This document shows, one piece after another, positions 1 through 8,827 of a stretch of 32,686 bases of DNA. Position 1 is the stretch's first letter; every line of letters begins with the position of its first letter. The stretch is taken from assembly GCA_023258655.1 (NCBI GenBank), contig JALQWO010000003.1, positions 2,659 through 35,344 on the forward strand, in the 5' to 3' direction. Below the pieces are notes generated by a model. That model saw only the letters and a list, made by a program, of their open reading frames with translations. It searched no databases and was not told where the DNA came from. The translations under genes were made by a program, and so were the position numbers. The stretch is from Bacteroidia bacterium. Lineage in GTDB: Bacteria; Bacteroidota; Bacteroidia; NS11-12g; UBA955.

Positions 1-299
1 GCCCCTGTAAAAATCCTGACGGCTTGATTGGGGGCGGGTCTCGGCCCTGCCTCGGCCGCCCCCGCTGCCACCTCACCCACAATTTGTAACGCGCCAAATT
101 GCTGGTATCCAGCCCATGAAAACGCATACCCATCCATGGCACTCTGCGCAAAACCCGGCATACTCACAGGAGAAAATATATCCTCAGACAAACACAGACC
201 CAAGGCATCGCGCAGCAACATCCGTGAAGGAGCCAAAGCAACCACACGGTCCTTGATCAAAGCCTTCGCTTCATCCACAGAAATGAAAAAATGGGACAT
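1..299 (-). CDS. moeA: Molybdopterin molybdenumtransferase MoeA, N-terminal part (3' end lies outside the window)
   Basis: Hand translation of the minus strand from ATG (rc of 297-299) gives MSHFFISVDEAKALIKDRV...FSPVSMPGFAQSAMDGYAF...QAVRIFTG. The SAMDGYA and RIxTG motifs are typical of the MoeA N-terminus. It starts 18 nt after the moaA stop. It is not in the ORF track because it is truncated. Confidence 0.8.
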   Translation of the reverse strand, partial: MSHFFISVDEAKALIKDRVVALAPSRMLLRDALGLCLSEDIFSPVSMPGFAQSAMDGYAFSWAGYQQFGALQIVGEVAAGAAEAGPRPAPNQAVRIFTG

Positions 300-317
300 A
301 AAGGTGCAATTTACAGA

Positions 318-1304
318 CTATCCGCCAATGGTAATCATACTGCGATTCACAATGCTGTTGGCATCAATGTTCTCCAAATCCGCCGCAAACTGTCCGCCCA
401 ACGCCAACGCCTTTTCCATCACCGTTTGTTGGATCAGGGCCGACAAAGACTCACCCCTTCTCAGCGCACCCAGCAAATCAGTTTCCCCCTTGCTGAACAG
501 ACAATTTTTCATTTTGCCATCCGCCGTCAATCGCATCCGATTGCAATCGCCACAAAATGGCGCACTCAACGTACTAATTACAGCAAAAGTACCCTTTCCG
601 CCCACCACGCGATACTGTTTCACCGTTTCATGCGGTTGTCGCGGCAATGGCTCAATCCCAGCACCATAGGAATTTCTTACCACCTCCAACATTTGTTGCC
701 AAGTCACCACCTTTTCCTGTTCCCAGCGATTCCCTTCAAACGGCATGAACTCAATGAACCGGATATCCAAGGGAGCCTCTGCACTCCATCGAACAAAATC
801 CAAAATCTCTACATCGTTTATACCGCGCATCACCACCGCATTCACCTTCACCTCAAACCCGCGCTCCAACAACAACCCAATGTTCTCCTTTACGCGATCA
901 AATAGATCTCGCTTGGTCAAAAACAAAAACGTATCTCGGTTGAGGGTGTCCAAACTCACATTGATTTTCTTCATATCCACCGCCTGCATCAAGTCCAGAA
1001 ACTCATGCACCCTTGTAGCATTGGTTGTCATGGTCAACGCTACCCCCAAACCACTCAATTTTTCGATGATCTGGGCGGCATCTTTGCGAACCAATGGCTC
1101 ACCACCCGTAAGTCGAATCTTCGTCACACCCGCCTCAACAAACGCCTGGGCGATGGCCACCACTTCGTCGACCTGCATCAACCGACTGGCTGGCGTAAAA
1201 TCGTAATCCTCCTCCGGCATGCAATACGAACAACGCAAATTGCAATTGTCCGTCAGCGAAATCCGCAAATAATTGTGAACCCTATGAAAGGAATCAATGA
1301 GCAT
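318..1304 (-). CDS. moaA: GTP 3',8-cyclase MoaA (radical SAM, molybdenum cofactor biosynthesis)
   Basis: 328-aa ORF with an ATG start. The radical-SAM cluster motif is CNLRCSYCMP, and a C-terminal second-cluster region reads APFCGDCNRMRLTADGKMKNCLF. Length is typical of MoaA. Confidence 0.93.
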   Translation of the reverse strand: MLIDSFHRVHNYLRISLTDNCNLRCSYCMPEEDYDFTPASRLMQVDEVVAIAQAFVEAGVTKIRLTGGEPLVRKDAAQIIEKLSGLGVALTMTTNATRVHEFLDLMQAVDMKKINVSLDTLNRDTFLFLTKRDLFDRVKENIGLLLERGFEVKVNAVVMRGINDVEILDFVRWSAEAPLDIRFIEFMPFEGNRWEQEKVVTWQQMLEVVRNSYGAGIEPLPRQPHETVKQYRVVGGKGTFAVISTLSAPFCGDCNRMRLTADGKMKNCLFSKGETDLLGALRRGESLSALIQQTVMEKALALGGQFAADLENIDANSIVNRSMITIGG

Positions 1305-1830
1305 TCCCCGTTTTGGCTGAATCCTTTGCCGCTTTTTGCAAAATATAATTCATCTGAGCCTCTGGAGTCGTCAACCCCAAATTGAGCATATCAATCATCA
1401 CGACGGCCTGCTTACCCACCTCTTCATTCCCAAACTCCTTGGCCAAACGCTGATAGTATTTCAAGGCTTTGTCCAAAGCACCGCCCTGCTCGTAGTAATG
1501 AGATGCCACCACCAACATTTCCATCAGGGGCTTGCCCGTGGGTTTAAACTGTTCGATATAGTATTCGCTATACTCCGCCGCTTTGAAAACCATACCTTGC
1601 CGTTCTGCAATCTTGGTGCACACATACACAAAATCACTGCTGTGCTTGTATTCTGGATGGGCCTTGGCAAAATTCATCAAGGGCGCCGCAGCCGAATCAG
1701 GCAATTGATCCCACTGAACTTTGGGAACAATCATCGCCTCGTAAGGAGCCACCTTGGCCAAATCTTGATCAAATTTCGAGGTGCAACCCGAAATCATCAA
1801 AAGCACACCCAACAATCCGTACCATTTCAT
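1294..1830 (-). CDS. Hypothetical lipoprotein (helical, TPR-like C-terminal half)
   Basis: The internal ATG at 1830 gives MKWYGLLGVLLMISGCTSKF, a signal peptide with a lipobox Cys. The longer tracked ORF (to 2292) runs antisense into parE and is rejected. The stop overlaps the moaA start by 11 nt. Confidence 0.7.
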   Translation of the reverse strand: MKWYGLLGVLLMISGCTSKFDQDLAKVAPYEAMIVPKVQWDQLPDSAAAPLMNFAKAHPEYKHSSDFVYVCTKIAERQGMVFKAAEYSEYYIEQFKPTGKPLMEMLVVASHYYEQGGALDKALKYYQRLAKEFGNEEVGKQAVVMIDMLNLGLTTPEAQMNYILQKAAKDSAKTGNAH

Positions 1831-1902
1831 GTTGCGAAAATAAGTGAAGGATGTGAAAAACTCGGGCATAGTGGTTAATATCCAAGCATTAATATTGTAT
1901 TT

Positions 1903-3798
1903 ATGAGCGAACAGGCCAGGTATACCGAAGACGAAATCAGGAGTCTCGATTGGAAAGAACACATCCGCCTGCGTCCCGGGATGTATATCGGGAAATTGGG
2001 CGATGGAACCGCCGCCGATGATGGCATTTACGTATTGGTAAAGGAGATTGTCGACAACTCCATCGACGAGCACGTGATGGGCAATGGTAAGAAAATTGAA
2101 ATTACCATCGATGACAAACGGGTGACCATTCGTGACTGGGGTCGGGGTATTCCCCTGGGCAAGGTGATTGATTGCGTCTCCAAAATCAACACCGGGGGAA
2201 AGTACGATTCTAAGGCCTTCCAAAAATCTGTGGGTTTGAATGGCGTGGGTACCAAAGCCGTAAACGCACTGTCCAATTATTTCGTGGTACAAAGTTTCCG
2301 CGATGGCCGAACCAAACGGGCCGAATTCGAACGCGGTGAACTGATTGTGGATGCGCCCGAGTCAGAAACCACGGAGCCCAACGGAACCATGATGGTCTTT
2401 GAACCCGATGCCAGCATCTTCAAAAATTATCGCTTCATCAACGAGTTCCTGCGCGAACAAATCAAGAACTACACCTACCTCAACGCAGCGCTCACCATCA
2501 AATTCAATGGCGAGAGTTATGCGTCGCGGCGAGGCCTCCTCGATTTGCTCGAACACAAGGTTACTGCCGAAGCCGCACTCTACCCCGTCATTCACGTGAA
2601 AAACGACGATGTAGAACTCGCTTTTACCCATACCGATTCCTACGGAGAAGAATACTATTCGTTTGTAAACGGACAGTACACCACCCAAGGAGGAACCCAC
2701 CTCGCGGCCTTCCGCGAAGCCTTTGTGAAAACCATCCGCGAATTCTATAAAAAGGAATTTGACGCTACGGATATCCGCGCCTCCATTACCGCCGCCATCA
2801 GCATTCGCATCATGGAGCCGGTATTTGAAAGCCAAACCAAAACCAAACTCGGTAGCGCCGATATGGGCCCCGATGGTCCCAGCATCAAAACGGCGATGCT
2901 CGATTTCGTCAAGAAAAACGTTGACGACTACCTCCATAAAAACCCCACCGCGGCCGACGCCCTGCTGAAAAAAATTCTGCAAAACGAACGCGAGCGGAAA
3001 GACATGGCAGGCGTGCAAAAATTGGCCAAAGAACGCGCCAAACGCGCCAACTTGCACAACAAAAAACTCCGCGATTGCAAAACCCACCTCAGTGATGCCA
3101 AATCCGATGTGCGCTTCGAAACCACCCTGTTCATCACCGAAGGAGATAGCGCCAGTGGATCCATCACCAAAAGTCGCAATCCCAACCTTCAAGCCGTTTT
3201 CAGTTTGCGCGGTAAACCCCTAAACTGCTATGGCCTGAAGAAAAAAATCGTCTACGAAAACGAAGAGTTTAACCTCCTTCAGCACGCCCTCGACATCGAA
3301 GAAGGACTCGAAAACCTGCGTTACAACCGCATCGTTATTGCCACCGATGCCGACGTTGATGGTATGCACATTCGATTGCTGCTGATGACCTTCTTCCTGC
3401 AATTCTTCCCAGATTTGGTGAGAAATGGCCACCTCTACATCCTTCAAACCCCCTTGTTCCGGGTGAGAAATAAAAAAGAGACCATCTACTGCTACTCCGA
3501 CGAAGAAAGACGGAACGCCATCGCCAAATTGGGCAACAAACCCGAAATCACCCGATTCAAGGGATTGGGAGAGATATCGCCCGACGAATTTGCTGGATTT
3601 ATCGGCCCCGACATCCGCATCGAGCCCGTGATTCTGAGCCAAGAATCGAACATTGAAAAATTACTGAATTACTACATGGGGAAAAACACCCCGGAACGAC
3701 AGGAATTCATCATTGACAACTTGGTGGTAGAAAAGGACGATGAGCCAGAAATTGTGAACACTGTGTTGGAGACCGACGTCGTTTTGGCGGAGGAATAA
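1903..3798 (+). CDS. parE: DNA topoisomerase IV subunit B (type IIA topoisomerase ATPase subunit)
   Basis: 631 aa. The N-terminus [29 protein letters not shown]...[11 protein letters not shown] is the GHKL ATPase. The TOPRIM region is [12 protein letters not shown]...[12 protein letters not shown]. The short length and this N-terminus fit Bacteroidota ParE better than GyrB. Confidence 0.85.
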   Translation: MSEQARYTEDEIRSLDWKEHIRLRPGMYIGKLGDGTAADDGIYVLVKEIVDNSIDEHVMGNGKKIEITIDDKRVTIRDWGRGIPLGKVIDCVSKINTGGKYDSKAFQKSVGLNGVGTKAVNALSNYFVVQSFRDGRTKRAEFERGELIVDAPESETTEPNGTMMVFEPDASIFKNYRFINEFLREQIKNYTYLNAALTIKFNGESYASRRGLLDLLEHKVTAEAALYPVIHVKNDDVELAFTHTDSYGEEYYSFVNGQYTTQGGTHLAAFREAFVKTIREFYKKEFDATDIRASITAAISIRIMEPVFESQTKTKLGSADMGPDGPSIKTAMLDFVKKNVDDYLHKNPTAADALLKKILQNERERKDMAGVQKLAKERAKRANLHNKKLRDCKTHLSDAKSDVRFETTLFITEGDSASGSITKSRNPNLQAVFSLRGKPLNCYGLKKKIVYENEEFNLLQHALDIEEGLENLRYNRIVIATDADVDGMHIRLLLMTFFLQFFPDLVRNGHLYILQTPLFRVRNKKETIYCYSDEERRNAIAKLGNKPEITRFKGLGEISPDEFAGFIGPDIRIEPVILSQESNIEKLLNYYMGKNTPERQEFIIDNLVVEKDDEPEIVNTVLETDVVLAEE

Positions 3799-3816
3799 CC
3801 CCGTGAATCCTATCGC

Positions 3817-5295
3817 ATGGACAGCCCATCAAACCCAGTGATCACGGTAAAATCTCGGTGGCTGGGTCGCTATGGCGAAGGCCTAATTTGGCCCCTTTGG
3901 CTGTTTGTAGTTTTTCATTTGGGCGAGGTGCGCTGGTTGCATACCGACAGTGCGTACACCCTTTTCCGCATTCTCAATCACCAGTCGCTGTTCTATGATC
4001 GATTTGCTTGCGAGCTGATTGTATGGCCAGGACAGCTCCTCACCGCCATGGGTGCACCGGCCTTCTGGGTGTTGCAGGGACTCAACCTCATCCTACCCAT
4101 CATGGCCTGGATGTTTTGGATACTGTTTGCCCAAAGTACACACCGATGGATGCTCTTTTTTCTCATTCTCGCCGGGGGAAATGAACTGTTTTTCATTGGC
4201 TACAGTGAAATCGGACTGAGCACATTGGCCTTTCTCACAAGCTGGCTACTCATTGAGCAACACAGTCCAACTGACAGCCTCCGATGGTCTTGGGCCACAC
4301 TATCATTCACGCTGCTGGTAACCCTGCTATCCCACCCCGCTGGATGGCTGTATGTGCTCATCATCGCGGGTTTTGCCCTGGTTTCGATCTCGAGGAAGCA
4401 AAGCCTTTACCTATTCCTTACAGTGCTCCTTGTGATGGGATTAAAAATGGCCCTCTTCCCCAGCAATTCTTATGATGCCGGCCTCTACCAAACTTTGATA
4501 AATTCCCAAACTTGGCAGCATTTCGACCAATTGTGGAGCCTACAATACCTATCACATGCCTCGTGGTTTTTCATTCCCAGCGTCACTGCTGTCGCTTGTT
4601 TTTTATTGGGACTCACCAAACCGTGGCGCGGCTTATCCTTGGCCTTTTTTGCCCTGTGGATCATTGAGGTTGTTGTCTGTTTGATCATTTACTCCCAAGG
4701 CGATGCCCACATCAACATGGAAAAGTTCTTCTACCCGGTGGCTGTTGTGGCGATGCTATCCATTCCGATGTATTTGTGGTCGAGCCAGCGTCCAGAATTT
4801 GGCCATTATCGACTAAAATTCGTCACGGCCAAACAGCGTGATTTTTCGCGAAATATTGTGGGTATACTGCCCTGGTTCATGGCGTTGAGCCAGCTGCTGG
4901 GCATTCAACAACATAGCCCAACCTACACCAACCGCTATCAGCAACTCCATGCGTTGATCACAGCGATGCCCAACGACAAAATGATTGCCCATTACGATAG
5001 TCTATCGTCTCGCGTTCATCCCGGATCGTTGTGGGGATTGAGTTACGAAACAGCTTTGACATCGGTATTGAATCAGGAAAGAACTGGGCACAATGGGCCC
5101 GTTAAATCCATGAAGGCCATGTCCACGGAAGAAATCGCAGACTGGGATGAAACACAAAAACGGATTGGGGACTCTTTGCTGATCGGCGCTCCATTCGAGA
5201 TGCCGCAGCGCATCGACCGGTTGAATCGACGCTATTTTCAATTTGTGCAGGGCACCACCTATCGATTGTGGAACCCTGCTACAAACCGCAATTGA
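3817..5295 (+). CDS. Polytopic integral membrane protein of unknown function with a soluble C-terminal region of roughly 100-130 aa
   Basis: 492-aa ORF, 18 nt downstream of parE. It has about 9-11 hydrophobic segments and a hydrophilic tail from about residue 365. I recognise no catalytic motif. Confidence 0.7.
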   Translation: MDSPSNPVITVKSRWLGRYGEGLIWPLWLFVVFHLGEVRWLHTDSAYTLFRILNHQSLFYDRFACELIVWPGQLLTAMGAPAFWVLQGLNLILPIMAWMFWILFAQSTHRWMLFFLILAGGNELFFIGYSEIGLSTLAFLTSWLLIEQHSPTDSLRWSWATLSFTLLVTLLSHPAGWLYVLIIAGFALVSISRKQSLYLFLTVLLVMGLKMALFPSNSYDAGLYQTLINSQTWQHFDQLWSLQYLSHASWFFIPSVTAVACFLLGLTKPWRGLSLAFFALWIIEVVVCLIIYSQGDAHINMEKFFYPVAVVAMLSIPMYLWSSQRPEFGHYRLKFVTAKQRDFSRNIVGILPWFMALSQLLGIQQHSPTYTNRYQQLHALITAMPNDKMIAHYDSLSSRVHPGSLWGLSYETALTSVLNQERTGHNGPVKSMKAMSTEEIADWDETQKRIGDSLLIGAPFEMPQRIDRLNRRYFQFVQGTTYRLWNPATNRN

Positions 5296-6609
5296 TTAAT
5301 ATCTGTATGTATCCTTTTTGAAAGGACCGTTCACGTTCACACCGATGTAATCGGCCTGCTCTTGTGTTAATTCGGTCAATTCCGCACCGATGTGTGCCAA
5401 GTGCAATTTTGCTACTTTCTCATCCAAGTGCTTGGGCAACACGTAAACCTCATTCTTGTAGCTGGCGTGGTTGTTCCACAACTCAAGCTGCGCCAAAGTT
5501 TGGTTGGTGAAACTGTTACTCATCACGAAGCTGGGGTGACCCATAGCACAACCCAAGTTTACCAAACGACCTTCGGCCAATACAATGATTTCATTGCCTT
5601 TCAAGTTATATACATCCACTTGGGGCTTGATGGTGTATTTGGTATTGCCATAATTCTTGTTCAACCAAGCCATGTCGATTTCGTTGTCGAAGTGACCAAT
5701 GTTACAAACGATGGTCTTGTCCTTCATCGATTCAAAATGCTTCGCTGTAACGATGTTGCAGTTACCGGTAGCCGTTACTACGATGTTCGCCTGGGGAATG
5801 GCTTTGTCGATGTGTACCACATGGTAACCATCCATGGCGGCTTGCAAGGCACAAATCGGATCGATTTCTGTCACCATCACACGGGCACCGGCACCGCGCA
5901 AAGAATCGGCAGAACCTTTTCCTACGTCGCCGTATCCACAAACCACAGCTACTTTACCGGCCATCATGACGTCGGTAGCACGACGAATCGCATCCACCAA
6001 ACTCTCTTTACAACCGTATTTGTTGTCGAACTTGCTCTTGGTAACACTGTCGTTCACGTTGATCGCAGGAATGTGCAAGGTACCTTTGGCCATACGCTCA
6101 TACAAGCGGTGAACCCCGGTGGTAGTCTCTTCACTCAATCCTTTGATACCCGCAATCAACTCGGGGTATTTATCAAACACCATGTTGGTCAAATCGCCAC
6201 CATCGTCGAGAATCATGTTCAACGGCTGTTGGTCTTCGCCGAAGTGCAAAGTTTGCTCAATACACCAGTCAAACTCTTCTTCATTCTGACCTTTCCAAGC
6301 GTATACAGAGATACCGGCAGCAGCGATGGCCGCAGCGGCATGGTCCTGGGTTGAGAAAATGTTGCAAGAGCTCCAAGTTACCTCGGCACCCAATTCAACC
6401 AAGGTTTCAATCAAAACCGCTGTTTGGATGGTCATGTGCAAGCAACCCGCGATGCGCGCTCCAGCCAGGGGCTTAGAGGCACCGTATTCAGCACGCAAAG
6501 CCATCAAACCGGGCATTTCTGCTTCCGCCATTTTGATTTCTTTTCTACCCCATTCAGCCAATGAGATGTCTTTTACCTTGTAAGGAATGTATGAAGATTG
6601 TGTTGTCAT
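5296..6609 (-). CDS. ahcY: Adenosylhomocysteinase (S-adenosyl-L-homocysteine hydrolase)
   Basis: Matches AhcY over its full length: [29 protein letters not shown] and the NAD site [13 protein letters not shown] chose the start at 6609 (MTTQSS...) because a perfect TAATTTTG box (6624-6631) lies between it and the upstream in-frame ATG at 6636. Confidence 0.92.
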   Translation of the reverse strand: MTTQSSYIPYKVKDISLAEWGRKEIKMAEAEMPGLMALRAEYGASKPLAGARIAGCLHMTIQTAVLIETLVELGAEVTWSSCNIFSTQDHAAAAIAAAGISVYAWKGQNEEEFDWCIEQTLHFGEDQQPLNMILDDGGDLTNMVFDKYPELIAGIKGLSEETTTGVHRLYERMAKGTLHIPAINVNDSVTKSKFDNKYGCKESLVDAIRRATDVMMAGKVAVVCGYGDVGKGSADSLRGAGARVMVTEIDPICALQAAMDGYHVVHIDKAIPQANIVVTATGNCNIVTAKHFESMKDKTIVCNIGHFDNEIDMAWLNKNYGNTKYTIKPQVDVYNLKGNEIIVLAEGRLVNLGCAMGHPSFVMSNSFTNQTLAQLELWNNHASYKNEVYVLPKHLDEKVAKLHLAHIGAELTELTQEQADYIGVNVNGPFKKDTYRY

Positions 6610-6623
6610 TGTCAAATTTTGCG

Positions 6624-6631
6624 CAAAATTA
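6624..6631 (-). promoter_or_regulatory. Bacteroidota -7 promoter box TAATTTTG upstream of ahcY
   Basis: Perfect match to TAnnTTTG on the minus strand, 14 nt upstream of the ATG at 6609. Confidence 0.55.
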
Positions 6632-6740
6632 GGCATCCGCGGGCAATTTACCCCTACGCTACACCAACAAAGATGTATCGCTCACCGTCATTTCCTCAGA
6701 AAGTTGAACAAGTTAATCGGTTAATTGTCAGACGGTAGGA

Positions 6741-6890
6741 TCAGAACCCACAGTTGCAACCGGTATTTTTTGCCTTCACGCGCCCATGCTTGGCACTGCC
6801 ACATCCCGTGGTTGACAAGGCGATGCTGGCCACACCGAAAACCAACACAAGACCCAGAAGGCGCGACAGTAAACGAGGATTTTTTTGCAT
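6741..6890 (-). CDS. Candidate small Cys-rich lipoprotein (49 aa), absent from the ORF track
   Basis: Hand translation gives MQKNPRLLSRLLGLVLVFGVASIALSTTGCGSAKHGRVKAKNTGCNCGF*. It has a positively charged n-region, a hydrophobic core and a lipobox-like TTGC. A perfect TATATTTG box lies 6 nt upstream of the ATG. Confidence 0.4.
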   Translation of the reverse strand: MQKNPRLLSRLLGLVLVFGVASIALSTTGCGSAKHGRVKAKNTGCNCGF

Positions 6891-6896
6891 TTATTA

Positions 6897-6904
6897 CAAA
6901 TATA
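6897..6904 (-). promoter_or_regulatory. -7 promoter box TATATTTG upstream of the 49-aa ORF
   Basis: Perfect TAnnTTTG on the minus strand, followed by the spacer TAATAA (6 nt) and then the ATG at 6890. Confidence 0.5.
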
Positions 6905-6957
6905 CAGCAACCCATGACAATCGCATCAATGGCTTGTTGTAAAATTGCAGTATCAAT

Positions 6958-7608
6958 ATGACAGTCCTTTCCATCATAGATTTTGCCAAAGATTGGCTCC
7001 TTCACCTCGACGATAAACTGCAGTATTTGGTGAGTGAATACAAGCATTTGACGTATTTGATTTTGTTTGCCATTGTTTTTGTAGAAACGGGATTGGTGGT
7101 AATGCCTCTGTTGCCTGGTGATAGCTTGCTGTTTGCGGCGGGATCGATCGCGGCGATGGACGGGCATCCGTTGAATGTTTTCATCTTAATACCCTTGCTC
7201 ATTGTGGCTGCGCTGTTGGGGGACAATACCAACTATTTCATCGGTTCAAAAATTGGGGTTAGGGTGTTTGACCTCAAATGGAAGTTGTTAAAACGGGAAT
7301 ACTTGGAAAGAACAGAGGCTTTTTATGAGAAACACGGTGGATACACCTTGATCATGGCGCGGTTTGTACCCATCGTGCGCACATTTGCCCCGTTTGCGGC
7401 GGGTTTGGGCACCATGAAGTATGGCAAATTCTTGGGTTATTGTATCGCGGGCGCGGTTTTGTGGGTAAGCAGCATCACTACTTTGGGCTATTTGCTGGGC
7501 TCGATTCCCTGGGTTCACGACCATTTTGAAACCGTGGTTTTCGGCATCATTGGATTGTCGCTGTTGCCCATCGTGTACAACGCCATCAAGGCAAAAATTT
7601 CGAAATAA
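6958..7608 (+). CDS. DedA family (VTT/SNARE-associated domain) inner membrane protein
   Basis: 216 aa. Contains FVETGLVVMPLLPGDSLLFAAG and RFVPIVRTFAPFAAG, the signature re-entrant-loop motifs of DedA proteins. Confidence 0.9.
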   Translation: MTVLSIIDFAKDWLLHLDDKLQYLVSEYKHLTYLILFAIVFVETGLVVMPLLPGDSLLFAAGSIAAMDGHPLNVFILIPLLIVAALLGDNTNYFIGSKIGVRVFDLKWKLLKREYLERTEAFYEKHGGYTLIMARFVPIVRTFAPFAAGLGTMKYGKFLGYCIAGAVLWVSSITTLGYLLGSIPWVHDHFETVVFGIIGLSLLPIVYNAIKAKISK

Positions 7609-7638
7609 GTCAACGGAAGATTTGGCAATTCCAGGCCC

Positions 7639-8427
7639 ATGAAGGAGACAAAGGCATTTCGATTGGGGTTGTTGGGTCACCCCGTATCTCACTCTAAATC
7701 GCCGGAGATTTTTGGTCGTTTCTTTGCAGAATCAGGCCTAAACCGATGCAGTTATGAACTGTTCGACCTCAACGAAATCGCGGATTTTCCGTCGTTCATT
7801 CGTACAGAATTAGACAGAGACCTGCCACTTCGGGGGTTCAATGTAACAGTTCCTCACAAGGCAGATATCATACCGTACTTGGATCATCTTTCAGCAGAGG
7901 CCCGCGCCGTAGGCGCGGTCAATACCGTGTTGATCGTGGGATCCAACAACCACTATCATCTACAGGGTCATAATACCGATGTGATTGGATTCTCCCAGAG
8001 TTTACAAGTAGCACAAACAGCCCTTCCAAATCCCATTTCCAATGCCATCATTTTTGGCAATGGCGGTAGCGCCAAAGCCGTAAAATACGCCCTCCAAAAC
8101 CAAAACATCAACTTTCATATTTGGCACCGCAACCGCTGGATCAATGAAACGCATGAATGTGAGAACCCCGCAAAATACATTCAACCCAACACCCTGTTCG
8201 TTCATACCACACCCCTAGGCATGTGGCCCAACACAGTAACCGCCATCGAATGGCCTATGAATTTGATCGCGCCAACCCACCGCCTCATTGACTTGGTGTA
8301 TAACCCATCGGAAACAACCTTGATGAAACGATTTGCAGAACGGGGCGCCTGGGTCATGAATGGTGCGCACATGCTTGAGCAACAAGCAGTGGCCGCATGG
8401 ACACTTTTCCAAGAGAACATCGATTAA
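7639..8427 (+). CDS. aroE: Shikimate 5-dehydrogenase
   Basis: 262 aa. Contains GLLGHPVSHSKSPEIF, NVTVPHK, GAVNTV, GHNTD and a GNGGSAKA Rossmann motif. Confidence 0.9.
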   Translation: MKETKAFRLGLLGHPVSHSKSPEIFGRFFAESGLNRCSYELFDLNEIADFPSFIRTELDRDLPLRGFNVTVPHKADIIPYLDHLSAEARAVGAVNTVLIVGSNNHYHLQGHNTDVIGFSQSLQVAQTALPNPISNAIIFGNGGSAKAVKYALQNQNINFHIWHRNRWINETHECENPAKYIQPNTLFVHTTPLGMWPNTVTAIEWPMNLIAPTHRLIDLVYNPSETTLMKRFAERGAWVMNGAHMLEQQAVAAWTLFQENID

Positions 8428-8546
8428 GCAAGGGACTTGGTTCGTTCAAGAACTGATAAAAGTCAGTGTTTCCAAACCAAAACACGCCGATTTTCGCACT
8501 CTGAATTTGGCATAAACACCCCGTTTTATGGCATTCTTCACAATCA

Positions 8547-8578
8547 TTTGTTTGTTATTTAAAATCATTCTAAATTTG
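8547..8578 (+). promoter_or_regulatory. feoAB promoter: TTTG (-33) N20 TAAATTTG (-7)
   Basis: TTTG at 8547-8550 and a perfect TAnnTTTG at 8571-8578. The feoA ATG at 8585 follows after 6 nt. Confidence 0.55.
8554..8572. promoter_or_regulatory. Possible Fur-box-like operator overlapping the feoAB promoter
   Basis: Two AATCAT hexamers (8542-8547 and 8563-8568). The segment 8554-8572 matches about 13 of 19 positions of GATAATGATAATCATTATC when aligned on AATCATT. This is a weak match. Confidence 0.3.
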
Positions 8579-8584
8579 CGCATC

Positions 8585-8827
8585 ATGGAAGCCACCGCGG
8601 ATCTTCTCAAAGAGGGAGAAAAAGCCAAAATTGCCGGACTGAAAGAAGGGCAATTCTCGCTGAAACTTGCGGAAATGGGTTGTGTCCCAGGTACTGAAAT
8701 AATCCGTTTGTATGAGTCGGCCGGTGGAAACACCATCGCCTATCGCATCGACACCTATTTGTTGGGATTGCGCAAAGAAGAAGCCCGTCTCATTGAGGTA
8801 GAACCCATTGAAGTAACAATAGCATGA
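8585..8827 (+). CDS. feoA: Ferrous iron transport protein A
   Basis: 80 aa from the ATG at 8585: MEATADLLKEGEKAKIAGL...LAEMGCVPGTEI...IAYRIDTYLLGLRKEEARLIEV, an SH3-like FeoA domain. The stop overlaps the feoB start (ATGA). The tracked start at 8528 adds a hydrophobic 19-aa extension and lies upstream of the promoter box. Confidence 0.8.
   Translation: MEATADLLKEGEKAKIAGLKEGQFSLKLAEMGCVPGTEIIRLYESAGGNTIAYRIDTYLLGLRKEEARLIEVEPIEVTIA

Noticed and set aside
28-669. 213-aa plus-strand ORF at the window start
   Set aside because: It lies antisense to the well-supported moeA and moaA genes. The sequence is low in complexity (A/P/S-rich) with no recognisable motif. It is a shadow ORF.
1831-2292. 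N-terminal extension of the tracked 332-aa ORF (1294-2292, minus strand)
   Set aside because: The extension runs antisense through the parE 5' end and has no signal or domain features. The internal ATG at 1830 gives a clean lipoprotein signal peptide.
5392-6354. 320-aa plus-strand ORF
   Set aside because: It is antisense to adenosylhomocysteinase, which is recognisable end to end. The composition (V/G/H/T-rich) is typical of a shadow frame.
6610-6740. Possible SAH riboswitch in the ahcY leader
   Set aside because: A perfect -7 box at 6624-6631 leaves a leader of only about 10 nt. I could not see the conserved SAH-element pseudoknot sequences. These elements are mainly proteobacterial.
6721-7167. 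148-aa minus-strand ORF spanning the ahcY / dedA-family gene gap
   Set aside because: It has an Arg/Gln-rich N-terminus, overlaps the 5' end of the dedA-family gene in antisense and has no promoter box. The 49-aa lipoprotein ORF in another frame explains the region better.
8528-8584. Longer feoA start (MAFFTIICLLFKIILNLRI...)
   Set aside because: It would add a hydrophobic 19-aa extension atypical of 75-80-aa FeoA proteins. It also begins upstream of the predicted -33/-7 promoter.
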